The notes under the pieces: generated by a model
Database searches by the model: none
What the model was told of the DNA's origin: nothing
Seen by the model: only the letters and a program-made list of their open reading frames with translations
Shown: positions 1-11,204 of the stretch, in pieces
How the letters are laid out: the number at the start of each line of letters is the position of its first letter
Numbering within the stretch: the first letter of the stretch is position 1
Program-made: the position numbers and the translations under genes
Source of the DNA: the human T2T-CHM13v2.0 reference genome, Homo sapiens
Reading direction: 5' to 3' (one strand)
Assembly: GCF_009914755.1 (NCBI RefSeq)
Contig: NC_060944.1
Length of the DNA stretch: 64,000 nucleotides

Positions 1-1289
1 CTAGTTGGTTTTAGTGACCCCTTCTTCTTCCCGTTGCATCACTGGTGTGACTGATGTTAACATTATTGTTGCCCCGTTTTACAAATGATGACCCTGGAAA
101 GGCTTGGAGGGCCCTGGGGCTGCCTAAGGTCATAGGCCAGGAAGAAATGGAGCCTGTCCGAGGGCTTGCGTCTCCTCATTCTGAAGCCCAGGCTTTCTCC
201 ATGTTTTCAAAATGCCAGCTGGTTGCATTTTGTTTTTCCAAATGATATTGTAGATGCCAGAAAGTGGGGCCTGTGTTTCCATTTCTTGGTTTTCCTGCCC
301 TTCCAGCTCTCTCATAGGAGGCATATGATGAGCACAGGGAACAGGCATCTGTGCTGGGCAGACCTAAAACGAGGAAGGGGCACCGTGACCAGTTACCTTG
401 CGGTGTGGCGCAGTGCTATCTTGAAGACCATAACATCTCTCGAGCAGGCTAGCATATCTGGTCCGAAAAGTCGCCATTTCTTTGGGTGGGCTTGTACAAA
501 GTGGTCCACATCTCACAGGGTGGTCTGCTGGGCTCTGCAGGCCCGTGTTGTGTCCATAATACATGATCAATAAACACAAAAGCTGCCCATCAATGAATCC
601 AGGTGTTCACCCGGATGGGCGTGGGAAACTCAGACAGGCAGAGGCCACGGGCTCTTCTGTCTCTCAATTCCTGTCCCCTTTGCATACTGGGGGGGCACTT
701 GCTGGGGGTAGTCCAGTAATTTTATCTCATGGTGCTCCACCAGAGACCATGGTGCTGATGGCACCTACTAAGCGCAACGCTGTGCTTGACTCTACCCTCT
801 GAGTGTGCCCACTCAGGGCTGGTCTCCCTCATGCAGCCCGAGGCCTCCTGCCAAAGTCCACTTCAAGGGGAAGCCGAAGGTGCACACAATCCCCTACGTC
901 TCCTTTGATCCAAGTACATCAGCTCTTCCAAATTGTGTTTGCCGTGCATTTTTTTTCCAGAATCCTCTTAAGAAGGATTTAAGAATCTTGCCAAAGTGGC
1001 CACTTCTCCTAAAAACATCTAACCCAGTCCTCGCAGATTCCAGAAGGAACTGCTGATTTTTTAATTTATCTTCAGTCATTTGCTTTCGGAAGGGAACATT
1101 TATTGTGTTGAAAATTAAAGACTTGATAAAAAATGTTTGCTTTTTGTGGTGTCCTTGAAAATCGAGTGATTTTCACCCAGGATTTCTGTAGTGGGTGTCA
1201 GGCACCGTGGATTTCTGTACTGGGTGTCAGGGACCGTGGTACACCACGGTGCTTAGAAAAATGGATGATGGAGGTGGTGCTGTGGCTGG

Positions 1290-1535
1290 CTAGCATTTAT
1301 TAACATTGTTATTGCCAGGCACCATGTCAACCCTTTCCTATGCATTAGCTCATTTAATTCTTACAGCCACTATTTGTGGCAGGTACTAGTATTATCCCCA
1401 TTGCACATGACAGGAAACGGAAGCTCAGAGAGGTTATGTAACTTGCCCAAGTTTGAACAGTTAATAAGAGCTTGCATTCAAACCCAGTCCATTCTGGCTC
1501 ATGGGGCCCAAGCCTTGCTCTGCTGCCCCAGGCTG
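1290..1535 (-). mobile_element. MIR SINE
   Basis: attatccccattgcacatgacaggaaacggaagctcagagaggttatgtaacttgcccaag is the reverse complement of the MIR core. Confidence 0.85.
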
Positions 1536-1612
1536 TGTAGGATGCATCTGCGGTGGCCATTCTTCTCTCCAGAGGTCCTTCCTAGGACTGACTTTGTGGA
1601 GATTCTGTGCTG
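1501..1612 (+). other. Candidate alternative first exon of PHACTR3 (5' boundary unknown; start given is the ATG)
   Basis: Strong donor CTG|GTAGGT at 1613; the ATG at 1501 gives 37 codons plus 1 nt, in phase with exon 2. Inference only. Confidence 0.4.
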
Positions 1613-2213
1613 GTAGGTGGCGGGGCAAGACACGCCTGTCTCTCCCCCTGGAAGGAGTCAGTCCAGCAAGAAACCTGATGAAACCAGTGACTCCCAGCTC
1701 TGGGTGAGACATGATGATGGGGCGATGGTGGGGGATGTGGCAGCACAAAGCAACTTTGTCCACTGATGTCGGGAACGCCTTTTGAAGGAAGAAAAGTGTA
1801 AGTTGTTACCCAGAGTAGAAGATGGCCAGGCCAGGAGTTGGGAAGGGGGTTCTAGAAGGCAAAGTGCGTGTAAAGTTCTTGAAACTAGAGATACCTAAGG
1901 AATCTAGATGAGGCCAGTCTGGTTGGAGCAAAGGGTGATGAGTCGGGAGGCTGGAGAGTGACAAGGACCAGATTGCGTGGGGAGGATACTGCTGCCTGGG
2001 GGCTTCCCATCCTGAGGGCGGAGGAACTTGAACACAGTAGTTATTTGCTATCAACTGAAATGTATTGAGCCCCTGCTGCTCTGTGGGCATACAATGGTTG
2101 GACAAACAGACAAAGTCCCCGTTCTCAAGGAACTTGTATTCCAACAGAAAAGAAAAGAAATACACAAGACGACGTCAAAGAGTGACAAGTGGCCCAAAGA
2201 AAGTAAAACAAGG

Positions 2214-2702
<489 letters not shown>

Positions 2703-3302
2703 TCAGGGACTTCCCTGTGCAGTCAGCGTGGCTGGAATGGAGGGAGCATGATGGAGAAGGCACCAAGTGAGGCCAGAGGCTCCTCAGGGGGTTTGGATTG
2801 GATCCTTAATGGAGGGGTGGGAGGATGCCCTGGAGGGTTTCAGCACAGGACGGCAAGGCCTGCTGTGCATTGCTGGGGATCTCTTTGCTTCCATAAGGTC
2901 AGTGGACCGGGAAGTGGCCAGAATGGCAGCTGGGATGGGCAGGGGATGAGGGGGACACTCTTGCCATCATGCATGCCACACATGATGGGGAGTGGGCTTG
3001 AGGGGCAGCCATGGCGGAAGAGGAGCCCTCAGGGGTTTGGGAGAGGTTAGCAAATACTCATGCTTGTTTTGGGAGGAGCCTCTGCTCACGGTGGGGGCAT
3101 GGGGGTGGTGGTGAGCACCGCAGCTTGTAAGAGGCAAGCTTGTGTGGCTGCTGGGTCCCACGTGCTATCAGATGGACTCCTATATGGTGTGCTGGGAAAG
3201 ACGCCCTGTGGCTCTCAACCAGCTCAGCCTATGGCCCTGAGAGAGGATGTGGGCAGGCCCTGACCATCTTGGTTTTCTTCCCTTTTTTTCTTTTTTATTT
3301 AT

Positions 3303-3325
3303 TTCTCTTTTTCTTTCTTTCTTTC

Positions 3326-3393
<68 letters not shown>
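3303..3393. repeat. (TTTC)n microsatellite at the tail of an antisense L1
   Basis: Direct reading; abuts the L1 3' end. Confidence 0.95.
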
Positions 3394-3394
<1 letters not shown>

Positions 3395-4300
3395 AGCTTT
3401 ATTGAACTATAATTCACATATTATACAATTCACCCTTATACAGTTCACAGTTCTGTGGTTTTTGCTACACTCACGGGTTTGTGCAACTGCACCACAGTCT
3501 AATTTTAAAACACTTTCATCATCCCAAGAGGAAACCCCATGTCCATTAAGTGCTCCCTCCCCACTTCCCCTTTCCCTACCCCTGGCAACCGTGAATCTAC
3601 TTTCTGTCTCTCTGGACACTTCATACAAATAGGATCGTACAGTGTGGGGTGTGCTGTGGCAGGGTTGTTTCACCTAACACCGTGTTTTCAAGTTCACCTG
3701 CATTGCGGCATTGCCAGTTTAGGGCTGATAGTATTCCATGATACATAGACCATACTCTCTTTATCCATTCATCCGTTGATGGGCATTTGGGTTTCTTTCC
3801 CACTTTGTGTCTATTATGAGTAGAGCTGCTGTGCATATTCACGTGCACATTTTTGTGTGGACACCTGTTTTCAGTTCTACGGGATCTACTCAGGAGTCAG
3901 ATGGTTATATGGTGACCCAGTCTTCGGGGCAAGCTCAGGAGCAGAATCATCGTACGGTGACTCGGTCATTGGGGTCTACTGAGGAGTCGAATGGTCATAT
4001 GGCGACTCGGTCTTTGGGCAATGGTAAGGAGTGAGAATGGTCATATGGTGACTCGGTCTCTGGGGTGTGGTCAGGAGTAGAATGTTCATGGTGACTCGGT
4101 CCTCAAGGTCTGCTCAGGAGTAGAATGGTTACATGGCGACTAGGTCTTTGTGGTCTGCTCAGGAGTAGAATCACTGTATGGTGACTCGATGTTGAATTAT
4201 TTGAGGAGTTGCCAGACTCCTTCCATGTTGGCTGCCTGGTCTGCATCCTCCCCACTGTGTGTGAAGGCTCTGATTTCTCACCTCCTTGCCCACACCTTTT
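3394..4300 (-). mobile_element. Old L1 (L1M, probably L1MB-type) 3' fragment, interrupted by an internal minisatellite
   Basis: cagctttattgaactataattcacata...; ttatccattcatccgttgatgggcatttggg...; tttgaggagttgccagact... match antisense L1M 3' sequence. Confidence 0.85.
3875..4190. repeat. ~45-bp minisatellite, 7 diverged copies (TCTYTGGGGTCTGCTCAGGAGTAGAATGGTCATATGGTGACTCGG)
   Basis: Unit starts at 3875, 3921, 3966, 4011, 4057, 4100, 4145. Confidence 0.92.
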
Positions 4301-5102
4301 ATTGAGCCTGAACACCTTTCACATGGTCACACCTGACCTGAGCAGCTGCCCGGCCATAGTGCCAACACATCCCTGGCCACGAGAGGTGGCGCCTGGGCTG
4401 GCCAACGTGCACCCTCAGGGTCGGGATGTGATCTAGAGCAGGGCTTCTCTCATTCTGTTCCTGCCCATGTTCATTTCAACCCCCAAAAGGACTTGAGCTC
4501 TCAGGCTTAATTTCATTTACTTAATGCATGAAGGAGGAAATGATTTCTGAGGCCAAGACCGGAGTGGTCCCCAGGGACTCCATTTCAACAGTGTATTTAA
4601 ACCACCACGTGGAGGTTGCTTGCTAGGCTGGGAACTGTGATCAAAGAACTTCCAATATTTTATGTTCATAAAGGCAGTTTGAGAGTAATGTTTTTTAAAA
4701 AGGCATCTGAATGGGGAGGAATAGGATCATTGTGAGGTCCACAGTCTCTTTGCCTTTGAAGTTTGCAAGAAGCTACTGAATGAGTTCCATGCTTTGTAAT
4801 ACTCTGGTCTGGGCACCCTCAGGCGTGCGTGGCCGGCAGGGACCTGTAGGAATCCTCTTCACCTGGGGAGATTTGAAGCCTAGTGCATATAACCAGGGCC
4901 GTCACCCAATGCTGTGTGATCCTGGGCCAGTCAGTTAGCCTTTTGCAGTTAGCTGATCGTTTTCACCTCAGCTTGAGGCATCTCTTTCAGGAAGTTTCTC
5001 CAGTTCCAGTACACGCTCTCAAGCGACTCTCCCCCTCTCCTCAAAATGCTTACCTGCATTTTCATGATGCAGCTATGATGTGCAACATTCACTAATTGAT
5101 GT

Positions 5103-5760
5103 CTGTGAACCCTGGTGGCTGTGTGCCAGGTAGGTATGTGCTCAGGTGTGCTGTGTGCTCAGTGAGGCTGTGAACCCACGTGGGTGTGAGCCCAGGTAAG
5201 CTGTGTGCTCAGGAAGCTGTGAGCCTAGGTGTGCTCTGTGCTTAGTGAGGCTGTGAGCCCAGGTGGGTTTGAGCTCAGGTATGTTGAGAGGAGGGTGGAT
5301 GTGAGCCCAGGTGTGCTGTGTGCTCAGTGAGGCTGTGAACCCAGGTGTGCTGTGTGCTCAGTAAGGCTGTGAGCCCAGGTGGATGTGAGTTCAGTGAGGC
5401 TATGCACTCAGGTGGCTGCAAGCCCAGGTGTGCTGCGTGCTCAGTAAGGCTGTGAACCCAGGTGTGCTGTGTGCTCAGTGAGGTTGTGAGCCCAGGTGTC
5501 CTGTGTGCTCAGTGAGGTTGTGAGCCCAGGTGTCCTGTGTGCTCAGGCAGCTGTGAGTCCAGGTGGATGTGAGTTCAGTGAGGCTATGAGCTCAGGTGGG
5601 TGTGAGCCCAGGTGTGCCGTGAGCTCAGTGAGTCCAGGTGGGCTGTGTGCCCACCGAGGCTGTGAGCCCAGATCGGTATGAGCTTAGGTGGGTGTGAGCT
5701 CAGGTGGGCTGTGTGCCTTATTGAGGCTGTGAACCCAGGTGGGCTGTGAGCTCAGTGAGG
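5103..5760. repeat. Minisatellite of alternating 17-bp monomers (CTGTGAGCCCAGGTGTG / CTGTGTGCTCAGTGAGG; 34-bp higher-order unit)
   Basis: Direct reading, about 660 bp. Confidence 0.93.
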
Positions 5761-5823
5761 ACAGACACCACACCTGGTTTTGCTCATGGGTATCACCCCA
5801 GTACCTGGCCCAGAGCAGATGAT

Positions 5824-6095
5824 TGTCTTGATTTGGGTTTTGGGGAGGTGACCCTGGAATGAGGATTTGAGAGCAAGTAATTTATAAGAAAGCTGTCCCA
5901 GGAGAAGCTGGCACCAGTGCTGGGAAAGTGGCACAGGGAGGCCAAGGAGGGGTAGTATCAGGCACAGCTGTGCAGGGGCAGTTGCAGCCTGACCCTGAGG
6001 GTACTCTGAGCATGAGTGTGTCAGAGTTTGTCTCTGCTGAGGCCAGGGGCTAGGCTACATTCTTGCCACCACCAGTCATTGGCTCTCGGCTCTGT
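5824..6095. mobile_element. Old MaLR LTR fragment (MLT1I/J/K-like)
   Basis: accctggaatgaggatttgagagcaagtaattta...tcccagga...gggaaagtggcacaggg resembles old MLT1 consensus. Confidence 0.6.
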
Positions 6096-6889
6096 GCAGG
6101 AGGACAGAGAGGCTGAGAGGCTGGGAGTTGGCCTGTAGGGGTGCCCTTAGGGGCAAAAGCACATGGGAGCTGGGAGGCTCCACAGCCTTGGACTGGAGGG
6201 GTGGGCAGAGCACTGACAGTATCCGCTTGGGGTCAGGCCATGTGGATCCAGTGTTCTACTCCGATCCTCTCCGACAGGCCTTCCAGAACAGGGTGTACCA
6301 TGTGCTCCAGCACGAGGGAGACGTGCTTCTGATGTCAGCTATAGCAGTGCCTCCAGGGTCGATGGCACGAGCCCAGTTGACAATCCCCACAGCCAGATGC
6401 TTTGAAATATGTGATCCTTGATAAATTTTTAATTTAGGGTAATTTTAAGTTTGCATATTGCATGAGACTTTACTGCTCTTTGAAATCTGCATAAATCACA
6501 GTCATGCTGCATGTTTGGGTTGTCACTTGGCATACTGGCCAGCTTTTTGTTGGCCCCCCAATCCTACTTCTGCTAAGGGCTGGCCTGGTGTGTGTGACCA
6601 GAATGCCAGGCCCAGAAGCCACCAGCACTAAGTCAATGGGAAGTGCTTTGCTCAGTGCAGAGCTGCTGCTGCTGGAATCACTGCACCACTTATTCCCCAT
6701 GACACTGGGCCTCCTCGCCACCAGGTCAAGCCAGACTCAAGACGCAGGCAAACGGAAAAATGCAGAACTGTTTGCTCCTTCTCCCTCCCTGGAAACCCCT
6801 GCTCTTATAGGTTGGCTTTGTTGGTCCAGCCCCAGCTTCTTGACTTGGTAGGGAGTTCCACAGGATGAGGACATGCTTTTTGTGTTTTT

Positions 6890-7645
6890 CTTTGCACTAA
6901 ACTATGTGTAACATCAAATTTACCATTTCAACCCTTTTAAAGGGTACGATTCATGTGTGCCAATCATGCTAGATATAATTTGCATTTTCCTGAATATTAA
7001 TTAGGGGGAACATCTTTTTTATATGCTGTTGACGGTTTGGATACCTCCTTTTGGAAGGTGTTCCCGGACTTTGCATATTTTCCACAGGGTTATTTGACTT
7101 TGTTCATTTGTGGGAGTTCTTTTGATATTCTAGAAACTGGACTATGTCCAGTTAAATATGTTACAAACATCTTTTCCTGCACTGTGTTTTGTCTTTTCAT
7201 TTTACAGTGTTTTTGATTAAATTCTTAATTTAAATAACCAAAGAGTACAGTTCAGTGCTCTGTGCAGTGAGTGCAGTCACATTGTTGCAAAACCATCACT
7301 GCTGTCTAATTCCAGAACCTTTCATCACCTACAAGGAAATTGTGTGATACTCCTCATTCTCCCCTCCTCCAAGCCCCTGATAACTACGCATCTACTTTCT
7401 GTCTGTATAAATTGGTCTGTGCTGAACATTTCATGTAAATGGAATCATACGCTGTACGGACGCTATATGGACTTTTGTGGCCGGCTGGCCCCATGCAGCA
7501 TCATGTTATCAGGGTCCCTCCACACTGTAGCAGGTGTCCAGGCCTCATTCCCTTTTATGGCTGGGGAATGTTCCATGGTCTGGATAGACTATACTTGATG
7601 TGTCCATTTGTCTGCTGATGGACATTTGGGCTGTTTTTGCTTTAG
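6890..7645 (-). mobile_element. Old L1 (L1MB-like) 3' fragment with a nested L1M-like insert at ~6954-7239
   Basis: aaatttaccatttcaacccttttaaag...; cacattgttgcaaaaccatcact...; tccatttgtctgctgatggacatttgggctg. Confidence 0.75.
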
Positions 7646-7829
7646 GTCATACTTTCTGCCTGATGTAAAAGTGCCAGTCGTGTATAAGGACTGTAGTCAG
7701 CGCCACCATGCCACAGCTTAGAGAAGGGATGGGGGAACTACTGGGTTGTCAGAGGCGCCGTTCTTGACCCTCAGAGACTTTCTGTCTCCTGGAGGAGAAG
7801 TGGCTGTGTTGGGCAGGTTTGAATCTTGA

Positions 7830-8250
7830 GAATTCACGGTCCCTGGGTTTGAGGCCTCGCTGTGCCACTTGATGCCATGTGACCTTGGGCAAGTCACCTC
7901 TCCCTCTGAGCCTCACTTTTCTCACCTGTTAAATGAGGTACTTATAAAGCCGAATAGCCTAATTCAAACATTTTAAGTCTGAAATGCTCTGAAATTCGAA
8001 ACTTTTTTAGTGTTGACATGATGCTCAAAGAAAATATTCATCAGAACATTTTGGATTTCAAAGTTTTGGATGCTCAACTGGTAATGCAAATATTCCAAAA
8101 TCAGAAGAAATCTGAAATCCGAAACACTTCTGGTCCCAAGTGTTTCGGATCAAGAATACTGCACCTGTAACACCTGCCTCCTTAGTGGTGTGATGATTGC
8201 GTGGAATGAGACATGAAAAGGGCTCAGCCCAAAATCGTCTGGCACCAAAT
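7830..8250 (+). mobile_element. MIR split by a Tigger4/MER46 insertion
   Basis: gtgaccttgggcaagtcacctctccctctgagcctcacttttctcacctgttaaatgagg (MIR core); MIR 3' part resumes at ~8169. Confidence 0.75.
7945..8167. mobile_element. Tigger4/MER46-family (TcMar-Tigger) non-autonomous DNA transposon
   Basis: atgcaaatattccaaaatc...tctgaaatccgaaacacttctggtcccaag...atactgcacctg followed by TA. Confidence 0.85.
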
Positions 8251-8282
8251 ACCCAATGGATAGGGGATTTTGTTTATTTTGT

Positions 8283-8835
8283 TGTTACTGTTGTTGAGGT
8301 AAAATTCATATAGCACAAAATTAACTATTTTAAAGTGTACAATTCAGTGGCATTTAGTACATTCATGATATTGGCATCTGCCACATGTGTCTAGTTCCCG
8401 AACATTGTCACATCACATCCAAAGGAGATCCCATGCCCATTCTCCCCTCCCACATCCCGCGGCAGCCACCACTCTGCCTTGTTGAGTGGTCTTCTGTGAC
8501 TGGCTCCTTTCGTTTAGCACCATGATCTTGGGGGTCATCTGTGCTGCAGTGGGTGTCAGTGCTTTCTTCCTGGTAAGAGCGTAACATGGTGCAGTCATTG
8601 TGGAAAACAATTGGGTGGTTCTTGGAAATGTGAAATATAGGATTACTGTATGAGCTAGCAGCTCCACTTCCGGGTATCTAACTAAAACAACTGAAAACAG
8701 GTATTAGGGGGAAAAAAACCTGCACACGAATGTCCAATAGCAGCACTGTTGTTCACAATAGCCAGTATGTGGAGACAACCTAAATGCCCATCGACAGATC
8801 GATGGATTAACAATTTCCATACAATGGACTATTAC
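8283..8835 (-). mobile_element. Old L1 (L1MB-like) with an inverted segment (~8580-8835 on + strand)
   Basis: Antisense 3' end gttgaggtaaaattcatatagcacaaaattaac..., then sense L1 gtgcagtcattgtggaaaac...caacctaaatgcccatcgacag...catacaatggactatt. Confidence 0.8.
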
Positions 8836-8994
8836 CTTTTGTTATTATTATTATTATTATAGCTTTCTTAACTCCTATTGATTTTTTCAAAAGTGACCTC
8901 AGCTGTCATCTCTTTTCCACAAAGAGTCTTACCTGAGTCTGGAGACCATTCCTTTTTCTGACCACAGAACCCCGTCTTAATCTCTGTCCTGCCT

Positions 8995-9430
8995 CTTCCA
9001 CTCATTAATTCATTCCCTGATTCCTTCCAAAGTATTTGTTGGGTGCCTGCTATAGACAAGGTCACTCCAGTGGGGAGGGACCGACAACACCAAGTCAGCT
9101 GAAATAACAGCACCGTGGAGGGAGTGTGTGCCATGCGGAGAATTTTGGGTTGGGTGGGAGGGTGCTTGGATGTCTCACTGTTGCTCTGATGGACCAGGAG
9201 GAGATGTTTGCAATGAAACCCAAGTGATAAGAAGGAGGCAGCTTTGCAAAGGTGGAGGAGAGCCTCCCTTGAGGGGCTGCTTACTAGGATCCGGAGGTGG
9301 GGATGAGCCTGGGGAGGCTGCAGAGAACTGTGAGGTTGGAGCTGCTCACAGGGAGAGGTCACAGGGCTTTGAGGGCCAAAGGGAGGCCTAACTCCTGTGG
9401 AAGCCACTGGAGGGTTTGAGGCAGGGTAAG
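8995..9430 (-). mobile_element. L2 fragment
   Basis: attcattc...aagtatttgttgggtgcctgctat (antisense L2 tail) followed by an L2-like purine-rich body. Confidence 0.6.
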
Positions 9431-10988
9431 GCGGGGTCAGGGGTGTATGCCATGTGACCCGAAGGGAGGGCATTGCGGGAACCTGGGAGCGATGAGGGAG
9501 ACCTGGGCCGGGGGAGTCAGGGCAGGGCGGATGTAGCAAAGTCACATTGTCCTGAGTGACCATTCACTTGGCTGTCCCCGCTCCCAGGCCTCAGGACTGT
9601 GAGGGCAGGCACTGGGTCTCAGGCCCAGAGAAGATGCTCAGAAAAGGAAAAGGAGACCGGGGCACGAGTGAGCCAGTGCAGTGTGCAGAGTGAGGGGGCA
9701 GTGGGCAAAGAAATTGCATGGCCCAGATCACTCACTGGAGACCAGAGACACCTTAGTGTCCCAGGATGATGAAGAGCGAGGGGCCAGAGCTAGGGGAGTT
9801 AGTGATGCATCTGCTAGCCGGGCTGGCCCTCCCTGTGGGCACAGAGAAAGTGGTTCCTCAACAGCCATGGGTGACCTTTAAGGATGCCCACAGATGGTGC
9901 CATCTCAGGAGAAGGGTCCCAGAGGGACTGGCTCTGTCACCTGCTGTCAGCTGCTCCCGGAAAGCCCGCACTGCATGACTTGCTGGTTTGTTGGAATGGT
10001 TCCATCTTGCTGTGTCACTTCCATGACAATCACCAGAGGAACCAGGCCCAGGCAAGGGGCCTGTGATGAAGCGAGCAGCCCTGATGACATCAGAAATGCA
10101 GACAGTTCCAGACATTCAAGCATGATGTCCTTGGCTCTCGGGTGAAAATCCTCCTCGGTGTGTCAGGGAAAGTCATTGAATTCACGTTGGACCCGGACTT
10201 GGTAAATCTTCAGAAGCACGCTCTATTCTGCAGGATTTAAGCTTCAGATGGGCCTAGACTGGTATGCACAGGTAGGGACTGTGCACTTGAGCACAGATGG
10301 ACCTTCAGCCCATCTCCTTTTGGTTCTCATATACTTGTTGAGCCCTGGCTAGGCCCTCCTGAGCTCTGTTTCAGGGCCTGCAGAGGCTGCTGTACAGGTC
10401 ACACTTGGTCTCTGCTCTCACGGTCAAGTAGCCAGGATGGACATAAAACTAATGAACACATACATCAAGAGCTAATTAAAAATTGTGCTGAAGGCCATGG
10501 TGGAAAAATAACAGGAAACCTAACAGGTGGGTAGGAAGGGTGAGACCATGAGGGATGAATAGGAGTTCATCAGAGAAAAGTGTTGCCTCCAGAGGGAATG
10601 GCACAGAAGGCAGCCCTATTGTGGGAAAGCACTTAATGAGCGAGGAGGGCCATGGTGGTAGAGAAGCTTAAGAAATGGAGGCCAGGGCTCTGGGGTTACA
10701 GTGGGGGTTTTATATTTCATCCTAAGAGCCACTGTGATGTCATGTGGGGAGCAATATAAGGCCCTGTTTGCTTGCTTGCTTGCGGGGTAGGCAGGAGTGG
10801 AAGCGGGAAACCAGGGCAGAGGCTGCAGAACTGTACAGGTGAAAGTGATGCTGGACTGCCCCCAGGGGTTAGAAGTGAAATGAAGATAAGAGATCAGGAT
10901 CCAAAACCATTTATTCTCTCCCTTTTTCTTCTTGGGGCACCCAGTAGTATTTTTTCCCAGAAGACATTTCTTAAAGGATCACTTAAGC

Positions 10989-11204
10989 CAGGAACTGTCA
11001 AATGCACAAACCAAATGCACTTTCTACTAGTTTTTGCAAATAAAGTTTTATTGCAACATAGCCATGCCCATTAATTTATGTCTCATCTGTGGCTGCTTCA
11101 CACTACAGCAGCAGAGCTGAGTGGCGGCAGCAGAGACTGTGTGGCCCGCAAAGCCTCAGAGTTTTATTATTTGGCCCCTTACAGAAGACATTTGCCAATT
11201 CCTG
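10989..11204 (+). mobile_element. MER58A (hAT-Charlie)
   Basis: gtttttgcaaataaagttttattgcaacatagccatgccca...tggccccttacagaagacatttgccaattcctg. Confidence 0.88.

Noticed and set aside
8868-9563. Longest ORF in the track (231 aa, minus strand)
   Set aside because: Overlaps decayed L2 sequence, has no recognisable domain or exon structure, and its length is plausible by chance in GC-rich DNA.
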